NCBI GenBank assembly: GCA_026709505.1
Contig: JAPOSW010000123.1
Coordinates: forward strand, 34,703-98,702
DNA: 64,000 nucleotides
Direction: 5' to 3'
Source of the DNA: Gammaproteobacteria bacterium
Lineage (GTDB): Bacteria; Pseudomonadota; Gammaproteobacteria; Arenicellales; Poriferihabitantaceae
Positions 56,387 through 64,000 of this stretch are shown here, in pieces. The notes under the pieces were generated by a model, which saw only the letters and a program-made list of their open reading frames with translations, searched no databases and was not told the origin of the DNA. The number at the start of each line of letters is the position of its first letter. Position 1 is the stretch's first letter. A program made the translations under genes and the position numbers.

Positions 56387-56795
56387 GTATAAGTGTCTCC
56401 TTTATTAATGAAAAAGCAAGTCAGGCATCGCTCGCCTGAGCGCCTATTATAGTGCATTCCAAACTGTTTACGCTCTCTCTGAGTGAATACTCATCCCGTT
56501 TATTTCGATAACCTTGCTCACTGGAAAACATTGTTCGATTCAATCGATATAGTCCCCGTCCAGAAGATAAAGTGCCGTTAAATCGGGTTCAGTGACTGAA
56601 CGAAGTTAAAATCTACACAAGGTAGATCATGCAGCAGAGTCGACATCTGGCACGGTAGAGTTTAGGCATTGGGTGATATTTTACCGGACTCTTTTGAAAA
56701 CCAGAATCGCAGTGCCTTGATCATGTTTCCCGTTTCCAGTGGCCGATCGTCAAAGCTAGCGTGCGGATTTTCCCACATCCAGCCTTCATCCGGAA

Positions 56796-57363
56796 TCATG
56801 CTTTTGCCCACGGAAGACTGGATGCCGTCTTCGTTGGGTGCACCAAACCATTATTTATCATATAGTTTTTGATTGAAATATTGTGCATGTATCCGCTTCG
56901 CAGCTTGTGTTTTTGACACAGACACCGACGGAGTCGCTCGCAGGAATGCTGACCAATCGTATTGCAGGTCGGAAGTGACTTGACCAAGACCGAAGTAGTT
57001 CGACCAGTCCAACAGCATTGAGTTCAGCCGATCTGCCATCTGTTCCGGTTCCATTAGTACCATGCCTGCGTGCGTTTTGTCCACTTGCCTTGCAGCAGAT
57101 GCCCCGTATACACTCGCTTTGTTCAGACGGAAACCGATATCGGCTCCCCTGCCTTGCGGGCGATGGTTGATTCCCATGCGATAGCCCAGAGACTCAAACG
57201 AGACTGAGAAACCGGGACTGCCTGCCGGTGGCTGAACAACAATGCGCCACGCTGTGTTGCGTGTCAAGACCAACGACCAAGCCACCCTGTTCGATGGCCT
57301 CCACGGACTGAAGTGCCCGACCCGGACCGTCCTCGTTAAAACTCCGGGACACCACAATCCCAA
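56796..57363 (-). pseudogene. Group II intron reverse transcriptase/maturase remnant (C-terminal X/maturase part, frameshifted)
   Basis: FESLGYRMG...ADRLNSMLLDWSNYFGLGQV matches the F.FLGY ... LN..L.GW.NYF maturase blocks. A shifted frame (ORF 56796..56987) ends in ...RRCLCQKHKLRS...SLPWAKA, a typical C-terminus of bacterial group II intron ORFs. The RT finger/palm domains are absent. Confidence 0.65.
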
Positions 57364-57958
57364 CAGGAGGTATCGCTACCGGTGGAGCGAACGCCGACTG
57401 CCGCTGACCGCCGACCGGAAATCCCTCGAAGCCCGGTACATCGAACCCGAAATCCGGAGGACGGGAGAAGGAGAGCCCACCTCCTGCTTCCGCTTCATCG
57501 CCTCCCTGAAGCCCGGCACCGACAACATCAGGGAACTCGTCCGGTGCGGATGCACCTGCTGGAAGATCGAGAACGAGACCTTCAGCCTGCCCAGGAACCA
57601 GGACTGTCATGTCGAACACGACTTCAGTCACAGCAGGAAGGGGCTGTCGAACGTACTGCTGGCCCTCAACCTGTTCGCATTCGCCTTCCATGGCGCCTTG
57701 CGACCGGGTCTGCAATGTTATGGATACAGGCCCGAAGCCGGTTCGGCAGGAGAATCCGCTTCTTACTCACCCTCGACGCCATCACCGCCTGGCAGTACTT
57801 CAGCAGCAGGTAGTCACTGCTCACGCAGACCATCTGTCCGCACCTGCGTAACGCACAGGGATCCTGATATCCGCAACCGCTGCTCCGGCAGCAGACCGCC
57901 CACCCATTTTCTCAAACCGGAAACAATGCCCAGTGTAGAATCAGGAATCCAAAATTAG
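57242..57958 (+). pseudogene. DDE transposase C-terminal fragment (ISKra4-like by recollection), degenerate
   Basis: CWKIENETFSLPRNQDCHVEHDFSHSRKGLSNVLLALNLFAFAFH parallels the RWKIENETFNTLKNQGY.FEHN.GHG...L..L..LAF block. There is no N-terminal catalytic region. The segment is GC-rich and abuts the intron remnant. Confidence 0.5.
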
Positions 57959-58117
57959 AACTGTTGATTGATTGTATGGATTTGATTTTCAATTTGTCTC
58001 ACTACCAAAACGTGGTTTGGAATAAGCCCGTCATTGGCATACAATCACAGGAATAAAGAATGAGACTTAAATCTCGATTTCTCATTAACCAGATACAACA
58101 TGAGAGGAAAATGTCCC

Positions 58118-59302
58118 ATGATGAAAAAGTTTATTTGTAGTGTTGTCGGAATCGTGCTATCAAGCGGTTTCGCTATGGCTGATGATGTCAAAATCGGCAT
58201 TCTGATGGGCTTTACAGGTCCCATTGAATCATTGGCTCCGGATATCGCCGCAGGTGGCGAACTCGCAATCAGCGAGGTTTCTGATAGTGGCATGCTTCTT
58301 GGCGGACATTCAGTTGTCGCAGTTCGTGGCGATAGTACGTGTGTTGATGCGGCCGCTGCCACTGCTGCTGCCGAGCGCCTAGTTACTTCAGATGGAGTGG
58401 CAGCAATCAATGGCGCGAACTGCTCGGGAGTGACCACGGCAGTATTGAATAATGTTGTCTTGCCAAACGGCATAGTCATGATTTCACCTTCTGCAACTAC
58501 TCCGGCACTGTCTACTGCCGAAGACAACGGGCTATTCTTCCGGACCGCTCCTTCTGATGCCAGACAAGGTCAGGTGATGGCAAATATTCTCGGCAGTCGC
58601 GGCATCACATCTGTTGCTGTTACCTATACCAATAACGATTACGGCAAGGGATTGGCAGACAGCTTTCAATCTGCCTACAGTGGAGCGGGTGGCGAGATAA
58701 CCACTTCTGTATCGCATGAAGACGGCAAAGCAGATTACTCGGCTGAGGTTGCAACACTGGCCTCGGCGGGCGGTGAAGTGCTGGTTGTCATCGGTTATCT
58801 GGACCAGGGTGGAAAGGGTGTCATTCAGGCATCACTGGATAATGGTGCTTTCGAAGCATTCATGCTCCCCGATGGCATGGTCGGCGAGTCGCTTACGGAT
58901 GCTTTCGGTACGGATATAAATGGCTCGTTTGGCACTCGCCCCGGAACAGATAGTCCTGGAGCTACCATGTTATCGGATCTGGCAGGTTCGAGTTTTAAAG
59001 CCTCTGGCCCCTATGCTGGTGAATCCTATGATGCATCAGCACTGATTTTGCTGGCAATGCAGTCTGCAGGTTCAACCAATAGTGCCGATTTCAAGAGCCA
59101 TGTCGAAAAAGTAGCCAACGCCCCGGGCGAGAAAATTTATCCGGGAGAACTCGCCAAGGCACTAAAGATCCTTGCCGATGGAGGAGAAATAGACTATGTC
59201 GGTGCATCTGCTGTTGAACTGATTGGGCCAGGTGAGTCATCTGGCTCGTATTTCGAAGTGGAAGTGAAGAAAGGAACATTTGAAAAAGTTGCCAACCATT
59301 AA
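58118..59302 (+). CDS. ABC transporter periplasmic substrate-binding protein (LivK/Leu-Ile-Val-binding family)
   Basis: Start at ATG 58118 (GAGAGG RBS) with signal peptide MMKKFICSVVGIVLSSGFAMA. Type I periplasmic binding fold pattern (GILMGFTGP...). Confidence 0.85.
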   Translation: MMKKFICSVVGIVLSSGFAMADDVKIGILMGFTGPIESLAPDIAAGGELAISEVSDSGMLLGGHSVVAVRGDSTCVDAAAATAAAERLVTSDGVAAINGANCSGVTTAVLNNVVLPNGIVMISPSATTPALSTAEDNGLFFRTAPSDARQGQVMANILGSRGITSVAVTYTNNDYGKGLADSFQSAYSGAGGEITTSVSHEDGKADYSAEVATLASAGGEVLVVIGYLDQGGKGVIQASLDNGAFEAFMLPDGMVGESLTDAFGTDINGSFGTRPGTDSPGATMLSDLAGSSFKASGPYAGESYDASALILLAMQSAGSTNSADFKSHVEKVANAPGEKIYPGELAKALKILADGGEIDYVGASAVELIGPGESSGSYFEVEVKKGTFEKVANH

Positions 59303-59324
59303 TCAAGTGCCTTGTTGAATGAAG

Positions 59325-59363
59325 GCGGCCGGGACCAATTAACCCGGTCGCTTTTTTATTTTT
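59325..59363 (+). terminator. Rho-independent terminator/attenuator between the binding-protein gene and the ATPase genes
   Basis: 9-bp stem GCGGCCGGG / CCCGGTCGC (one G-U pair), 9-nt loop, followed by TTTTTTATTTTT. Confidence 0.7.
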
Positions 59364-59372
59364 CGGCAGACG

Positions 59373-60137
59373 ATGCTTTCCGTTAGGGATATTCACCTGC
59401 ACTTTGGCGGGATCAGGGCAGTTGACGGGGTAACCCTTACTGTCGAATCGAATACCATAACAGGTTTGATTGGCCCGAATGGGGCAGGAAAAACCAGCCT
59501 TTTTAACGCCATCGCAGGAGCTTATCCCCCCACCTCCGGCCATGTCTTTCTGGATCAGGAAGAGATAACCGGACTTCCGCCCCATCAGCTATTCTCTCGT
59601 GGGCTGGTCCGGACATTTCAGATTGCCCACGAGTTTTCCTCTTTGACCGTACTCGAAAACTTGATGGTTGTGCCGGGTAAACAACCCGGCGAGCAACTGT
59701 TGAATGTCTGGTTCAACCCGAGTCAAATCCGGCAATCGGAAGAACGAATCCAGGAACAGGCTCATGAAGTCCTGCAGTTTCTGAAGATGTCCCATCTTGA
59801 AAATGAACTTGCCGGCAATCTGTCAGGCGGACAAAAGAAGCTTCTTGAACTTGGTCGGACCATGATGACCGAAGCAAAAATCGTATTTCTGGATGAAGTT
59901 GGAGCTGGTGTGAATCGAACTCTCCTGAACACCATCGGTGATTCAATTCACAATCTGAATCAAGATCATGGCTATACATTCTGCATGATCGAGCATGACA
60001 TCGACTTTATTACCAGGATGTGTCATCCTGTCATCGTCATGGCGGAAGGAAAAATACTGACGCAAGGGAGTGCTGCAGAAGTTAAAGCCAATCGGAAAGT
60101 GATTGAATCCTACCTAGGCCGAAAAACTGCCGGTTAA
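59373..60137 (+). CDS. Branched-chain amino acid-type ABC transporter ATP-binding protein (LivG-like)
   Basis: Walker A GPNGAGKTS, signature LSGGQKK and Walker B IVFLDEV. Confidence 0.85.
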   Translation: MLSVRDIHLHFGGIRAVDGVTLTVESNTITGLIGPNGAGKTSLFNAIAGAYPPTSGHVFLDQEEITGLPPHQLFSRGLVRTFQIAHEFSSLTVLENLMVVPGKQPGEQLLNVWFNPSQIRQSEERIQEQAHEVLQFLKMSHLENELAGNLSGGQKKLLELGRTMMTEAKIVFLDEVGAGVNRTLLNTIGDSIHNLNQDHGYTFCMIEHDIDFITRMCHPVIVMAEGKILTQGSAAEVKANRKVIESYLGRKTAG

Positions 60138-60151
60138 CCGAATTTTCAGCA

Positions 60152-60859
60152 ATGAGTTTTCTTGATGCAACGGGCATGAGTGGAGGGTATGGCACAGGCC
60201 CGGACATTATTCATGATTGTGATCTCACCGTTGAAGCAGGCGAAATTGCAGTTGTGGTCGGACCCAACGGCGCTGGCAAATCCACCGCAATGAAAGGCAT
60301 TTTCGGAATGATTCACCTGCGCGAGGGGAAAATTCTATTCAATGATCGAGATATCACCGCCCTGCCCCCATCTGATCGTGTGCTGGAAGGGATGGCGTTC
60401 GTCCCTCAGAACAATAATGTCTTTCCTTCAATGAGTGTTGAGGAGAATCTTGAAATGGGTGCTTTTATCCGTACTGACAATATTTCCAGCACCATAACAC
60501 AAGTCTTTGAATTGTTTCCCATCCTCAAGGACAAGCGCAAGCAGATGGCCGGGGAACTTTCCGGTGGTCAACGTCAGCAGGTCGCCATTGGCCGGGCACT
60601 GATGACAGAACCCCGGTTGTTGATGCTTGATGAGCCAACCGCTGGCGTGGCTCCGATTGTCATGCAGGATCTGTTCAAGCGTATTCAGGATATCACGGCT
60701 AGCGGTGTTGCCGTACTCATGGTTGAACAAAACGCCAGGCAGGCACTTGCGATTGCTGATCGTGGGTTCGTGTTGGTACAGGGAAAGAATCGTTTCACTG
60801 ATCAGGGCAAGGGCCTATTGGCGAACCCTGAAGTCCAACGTTCATTTTTGGGTGGATGA
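60152..60859 (+). CDS. Branched-chain amino acid-type ABC transporter ATP-binding protein (LivF-like)
   Basis: Walker A GPNGAGKST, signature LSGGQRQ and Walker B LLMLDEP. Confidence 0.85.
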   Translation: MSFLDATGMSGGYGTGPDIIHDCDLTVEAGEIAVVVGPNGAGKSTAMKGIFGMIHLREGKILFNDRDITALPPSDRVLEGMAFVPQNNNVFPSMSVEENLEMGAFIRTDNISSTITQVFELFPILKDKRKQMAGELSGGQRQQVAIGRALMTEPRLLMLDEPTAGVAPIVMQDLFKRIQDITASGVAVLMVEQNARQALAIADRGFVLVQGKNRFTDQGKGLLANPEVQRSFLGG

Positions 60860-61870
60860 ATGGATTTCCTGAATGCCATCGTGCTGTTCTGCAATTTTGT
60901 TCTTGTTCCTGCTACCACCTACGGTGCGCAGCTTGCCCTCGGCGCACTAGGAATTACAGTCATTTACAGAATCCTTCGTTTTGCAAATTTTGCACATAGC
61001 GAATTGATGTCCTGGGGAGCCATGCTCACCTTGTTTATGACTTGGTATCTGCAATCTGTCGGGATACATGCGGGACCACTTCCAACCGCCCTTCTCGCCC
61101 TGCCCGTCGGAATTCTGGGCGCAATTGCCATGGCCCTCACTACCGAGAGAACTGTTTATCGGTTCTATCGAAAACAGCGGGCAAGTTCGATCACCTTTGC
61201 AATTGTGTCTGTTGGAGTAATGTTTGTAATGGCAGGGCTGACCCGGTTCATGATTGGACCGGGTGAGCAAGTGATGGCCGATGGCCAGCGTTTCCTGATC
61301 AAGGCCGTAGAATTCAAACGCATGACAGGATTGGATGAAGGTCTTGCCATCAAGACTACTCAAGTCATCACCATTGCCGCTGCCATAGCAATGGCAGGGT
61401 TTCTATTCTGGTTTCTGTATCGAACCCGTTCTGGGAAGGCGATGCGAGCTTTTTCGGATAATGAAGACCTTGCACTGCTCTCAGGCATCAATCCTGATCG
61501 AATTGTTGCAATCGCATGGATACTGGCTGCCATTCTGGCGACTCTGAGTGGAACACTGTATGGACTGGATAAATCCTATAAGCCATTTGTATTCATGCAA
61601 TTACTGTTGCCGATCTTTGCTTCAGCAATTGTTGGTGGAATAGGGCAACCGGTCGGCGCTATTCTGGGCGGATTCGTTATCGCGTATTCCGAGGTATTAC
61701 TGACCTATGCCTACAGGAAATTCGTGACTTATCTTGCTCCCGGCGATTGGAAGCCAGAAGGGTTGCTGCAATTATTGTCGACCGATTACAAATTCGCTAT
61801 TTCATTCATTATTCTGGTTATCGTGCTCCTGATTCGTCCGACCGGTATCATCCGGGGGAAACTGCTGTGA
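60860..61870 (+). CDS. HAAT-family ABC transporter permease (LivH-like)
   Basis: 336 aa, multi-TM. Starts immediately after the LivF-like stop. Confidence 0.85.
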   Translation: MDFLNAIVLFCNFVLVPATTYGAQLALGALGITVIYRILRFANFAHSELMSWGAMLTLFMTWYLQSVGIHAGPLPTALLALPVGILGAIAMALTTERTVYRFYRKQRASSITFAIVSVGVMFVMAGLTRFMIGPGEQVMADGQRFLIKAVEFKRMTGLDEGLAIKTTQVITIAAAIAMAGFLFWFLYRTRSGKAMRAFSDNEDLALLSGINPDRIVAIAWILAAILATLSGTLYGLDKSYKPFVFMQLLLPIFASAIVGGIGQPVGAILGGFVIAYSEVLLTYAYRKFVTYLAPGDWKPEGLLQLLSTDYKFAISFIILVIVLLIRPTGIIRGKLL

Positions 61871-63162
61871 AACAAAAGGATCTGCTGTACTTCGCAATAT
61901 TCCTGATTTTTTTGATTGGAGTCGGATGGCTGCAGAGCTGGAATGTCGCATTCGGAATATTAAACATGTGTCTTATTTCAGCGATCATGGCGCTTGGCGT
62001 CAATATCCAGTGGGGATACGCCGGCCTGTTCAATGCGGGAATCATGGGATTCACGGCTTTGGGTGGATTGAGTGCCGTACTCGTATCGGCCAAGCCGGTG
62101 AGTGAAGCCTGGGCCGCTGGAGGCCTAGGTATTATAGGGAGCCTGGTAATTCTGGGGATGACTGTCTCGGCGATCCTGTATGTACGAATGAAAATCGCCC
62201 CGCCCTTGCGTACATGGAGCATTATTGTTGTCATCTTGCCAGGGTATTGGCTATTCCAGGGTTTTTACTCATCGGCTGTAGAGCAAATCGAAACGATCAA
62301 TCCAGCCCTGACCGGGTACCTGGGCGGGCTGGGGTTGCCAATCATTACTGCATGGTTAATTGGGGGGCTGGTAGCCGCCGGGGGTGCCTGGCTAATCGGC
62401 AGGATTTCGCTGGGTCTTCGGGCCGACTACCTTGCCATTGCTACTTTGGGCATCTCCGAAATAATCATTGCCATCATCAAGTATGAAGAGTGGCTGACAC
62501 GAGGAGTCAAGAATGTAACCGGACTTCCCCGCCCGGTACCTTATGAAGTCAACCTGATTGAAACACAGTGGCTTGTAAATCTTGCAGAGAGCCTTAGTGC
62601 AAATCCGGTTGCCATGGCTTCATTGCTGGTCAAGTTCTGCTATTTAATGTTGTTTCTGGGTATGCTCGCAATTCTCATGTGGCTTTCCGAGCGGGCACTC
62701 AAATCTCCCTGGGGCAGAATGATGCGTGCCATCAGGGATAATCGGGAGGCGGCAAGTGCAATGGGCAAGGATGTAACCGGGCGTCACCTTCAGACATTTG
62801 TGCTCGGCTGCGCCGTTTGCGGTATTGCGGGCGCCATGCTGGTGACCCTGGATGGTCAGCTGGTGCCGGGCAGCTATACGCCTTTACGCTATACTTTCCT
62901 GATCTGGGTGATGGTTATTCTCGGTGGTTCCGGCAATAACTGGGGGTCCGTGCTCGGTGGCTGCATCATCTGGTTCGTATGGATTCAGGCAGAACCCCTT
63001 GGCTACGCACTGGTTGAGGCAGTTACGTTTCCGTTTGAGGAAGGCTACTGGCTGAAAGGTCACCTGATCGAAAATGCCGCGCAAACCCGCTTGATCCTGA
63101 TGGGTGGTATTTTGCTGGTTGTGATGCGTTTTGCACCAAAAGGCCTGATCCCGGAAAGATAA
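61867..63162 (+). CDS. HAAT-family ABC transporter permease (LivM-like)
   Basis: Start reassigned to GTG 61867 (GTGA overlap with the preceding stop; VKQKDLLYFAIF...). Multi-TM. Confidence 0.8.
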   Translation: MKQKDLLYFAIFLIFLIGVGWLQSWNVAFGILNMCLISAIMALGVNIQWGYAGLFNAGIMGFTALGGLSAVLVSAKPVSEAWAAGGLGIIGSLVILGMTVSAILYVRMKIAPPLRTWSIIVVILPGYWLFQGFYSSAVEQIETINPALTGYLGGLGLPIITAWLIGGLVAAGGAWLIGRISLGLRADYLAIATLGISEIIIAIIKYEEWLTRGVKNVTGLPRPVPYEVNLIETQWLVNLAESLSANPVAMASLLVKFCYLMLFLGMLAILMWLSERALKSPWGRMMRAIRDNREAASAMGKDVTGRHLQTFVLGCAVCGIAGAMLVTLDGQLVPGSYTPLRYTFLIWVMVILGGSGNNWGSVLGGCIIWFVWIQAEPLGYALVEAVTFPFEEGYWLKGHLIENAAQTRLILMGGILLVVMRFAPKGLIPER

Positions 63163-63188
63163 ATTACCAGTCAACAATTGATTCAGAC

Positions 63189-64000
63189 ATGCCTAATCAT
63201 CATGAGAAAAACTCAAGCCCCGGGCTTCTGGACCTGTTTAATGACGGCCGGTGTATTTTTCCGGCTTCAGTAAACGATCCGGTATCGGCCAGAATTGCCG
63301 AAGACCTCGGCTTTGAGGCACAAATGCTGGCTGGTTCAACTGCCTCGCTCGCCGTGCTTGGAGACCCTGATCACATATTGCTTACGCTCAGCGAATTATC
63401 GGATTTAGCCCGACGTATATGCCGCGCCAGCAATGTGCCTCTGATGGTGGATGCGGATCATGGCTACGGCAATGCATTGAATGTTCGAAGAACGGTTCAG
63501 GAACTTGAGAATTCCGGTGCTGCCGGACTATCGATTGAAGATACCAACCTGCCGCGTCCATTTGATTCCGGAAAAAACACGGTATTGCTGTCCGTTGACG
63601 AAGGAGCCGGCAAAATGCAGGCGGCGGTTGAAGCAAGACGAAATGCATCGCTGCTGATTGCGGCAAGAACCAACGCACCAAGAGTCAGTTCACTGGATGA
63701 CGCATTGAAGCGTGTCGGGGTCTACCAGAAAACCGGGGTCGACGCATTGTTTCTGGTTGGAGTCAAAACCCGTGATCAACTGAAGAAGATTCGAAAAATT
63801 GCGGAATTGCCGATTATGCTTGGCGGAGCGGGACCAGAACTTGCCGATCCGGATTTTCTTGCCGAACATGGAGTCCGATTCTTCATTCATGGGCACCAGC
63901 CGGTTCAGGCCGCGATACAGGCTGTTTATTCGTCTCTCAAGCTGCTTCGTGAAGGCGTAAAGCCGCAGGATTTAACTGGCCTGCCTGATCAGGAACTGAT
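63189..64000 (+). CDS. PEP mutase / isocitrate lyase superfamily protein (oxaloacetate decarboxylase / methylisocitrate lyase-like), 3'-truncated by window end
   Basis: Hand translation from ATG 63189 stays open to the window edge. PLMVDADHGYGNALNVRRTVQELENSGAAGLSIED is the hallmark ICL/PEPM active-site block. This ORF is absent from the supplied track, presumably because no stop lies within the window. Confidence 0.75.
   Translation, partial: MPNHHEKNSSPGLLDLFNDGRCIFPASVNDPVSARIAEDLGFEAQMLAGSTASLAVLGDPDHILLTLSELSDLARRICRASNVPLMVDADHGYGNALNVRRTVQELENSGAAGLSIEDTNLPRPFDSGKNTVLLSVDEGAGKMQAAVEARRNASLLIAARTNAPRVSSLDDALKRVGVYQKTGVDALFLVGVKTRDQLKKIRKIAELPIMLGGAGPELADPDFLAEHGVRFFIHGHQPVQAAIQAVYSSLKLLREGVKPQDLTGLPDQEL

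Noticed and set aside
57194-57715. 173-aa minus-strand ORF and the alternative plus-frame ORFs 57382..57813 and 57609..57851.
   Set aside because: They are antisense or alternative-frame shadows of the GC-rich transposase fragment, with low-complexity Gly/Ala/Pro/Arg-rich translations.

Overview
This 64-kb window looks like a moderately AT-rich (judged by eye) proteobacterial-type chromosome segment. All calls come from reading motifs in the supplied translations and the DNA; no searches were run.

Housekeeping and metabolic blocks:
- a PHA locus (phaB-phaC, divergent phaR, a second reductase)
- a secreted 5'-nucleotidase, tRNA-Phe and a LysR regulator
- ampD, a CYTH gene and two CNNM/CBS genes
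- ppk1, a Trm112-like gene, a fatty-acid hydroxylase, dusA, gshA and a Cys/Met PLP enzyme
- several dehydrogenases
- an 8-gene TRAP-transporter catabolic operon
- a Liv-type ABC transporter operon
- a partial PEP-mutase/isocitrate-lyase family gene at the right edge

Accessory material:
1. The main candidate is an ~11.6-kb defence island (about 19.7-31.3 kb) between the CNNM genes and ppk. It starts with an internally deleted IS30-like relic that keeps both inverted repeats. Seven co-directional, tightly spaced genes follow:
   - a triple beta-grasp ubiquitin-like protein, an E2-like protein and a JAB(JAMM)-E1 fusion, an architecture predicted by comparative genomics but, to my knowledge, functionally uncharacterised
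   - a Type III-like res/mod pair
   - an ABC-type (DUF3696-like) ATPase translationally coupled to a small PIN-like protein, a candidate new two-gene module
2. A tRNA-Arg(CCU) gene is interrupted in the anticodon loop by a 215-nt group I (IC3-like) intron.
3. A G13 tract lies between the start codon and the signal peptide of a secreted Cys-rich protein, which suggests phase variation.
4. A 281-bp IR-flanked, MITE-like element with an 11-bp flanking direct repeat sits inside a decaying FAD-oxidoreductase pseudogene, next to a vapBC-type TA pair.
5. A GC-rich, gene-sized patch encodes an orphan 966-aa N6-adenine methyltransferase fusion.
6. There are remnants of a group II intron RT/maturase, a DDE transposase and a NYN-domain gene.

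I saw no CRISPR array, rRNA, intact transposase or integrase.
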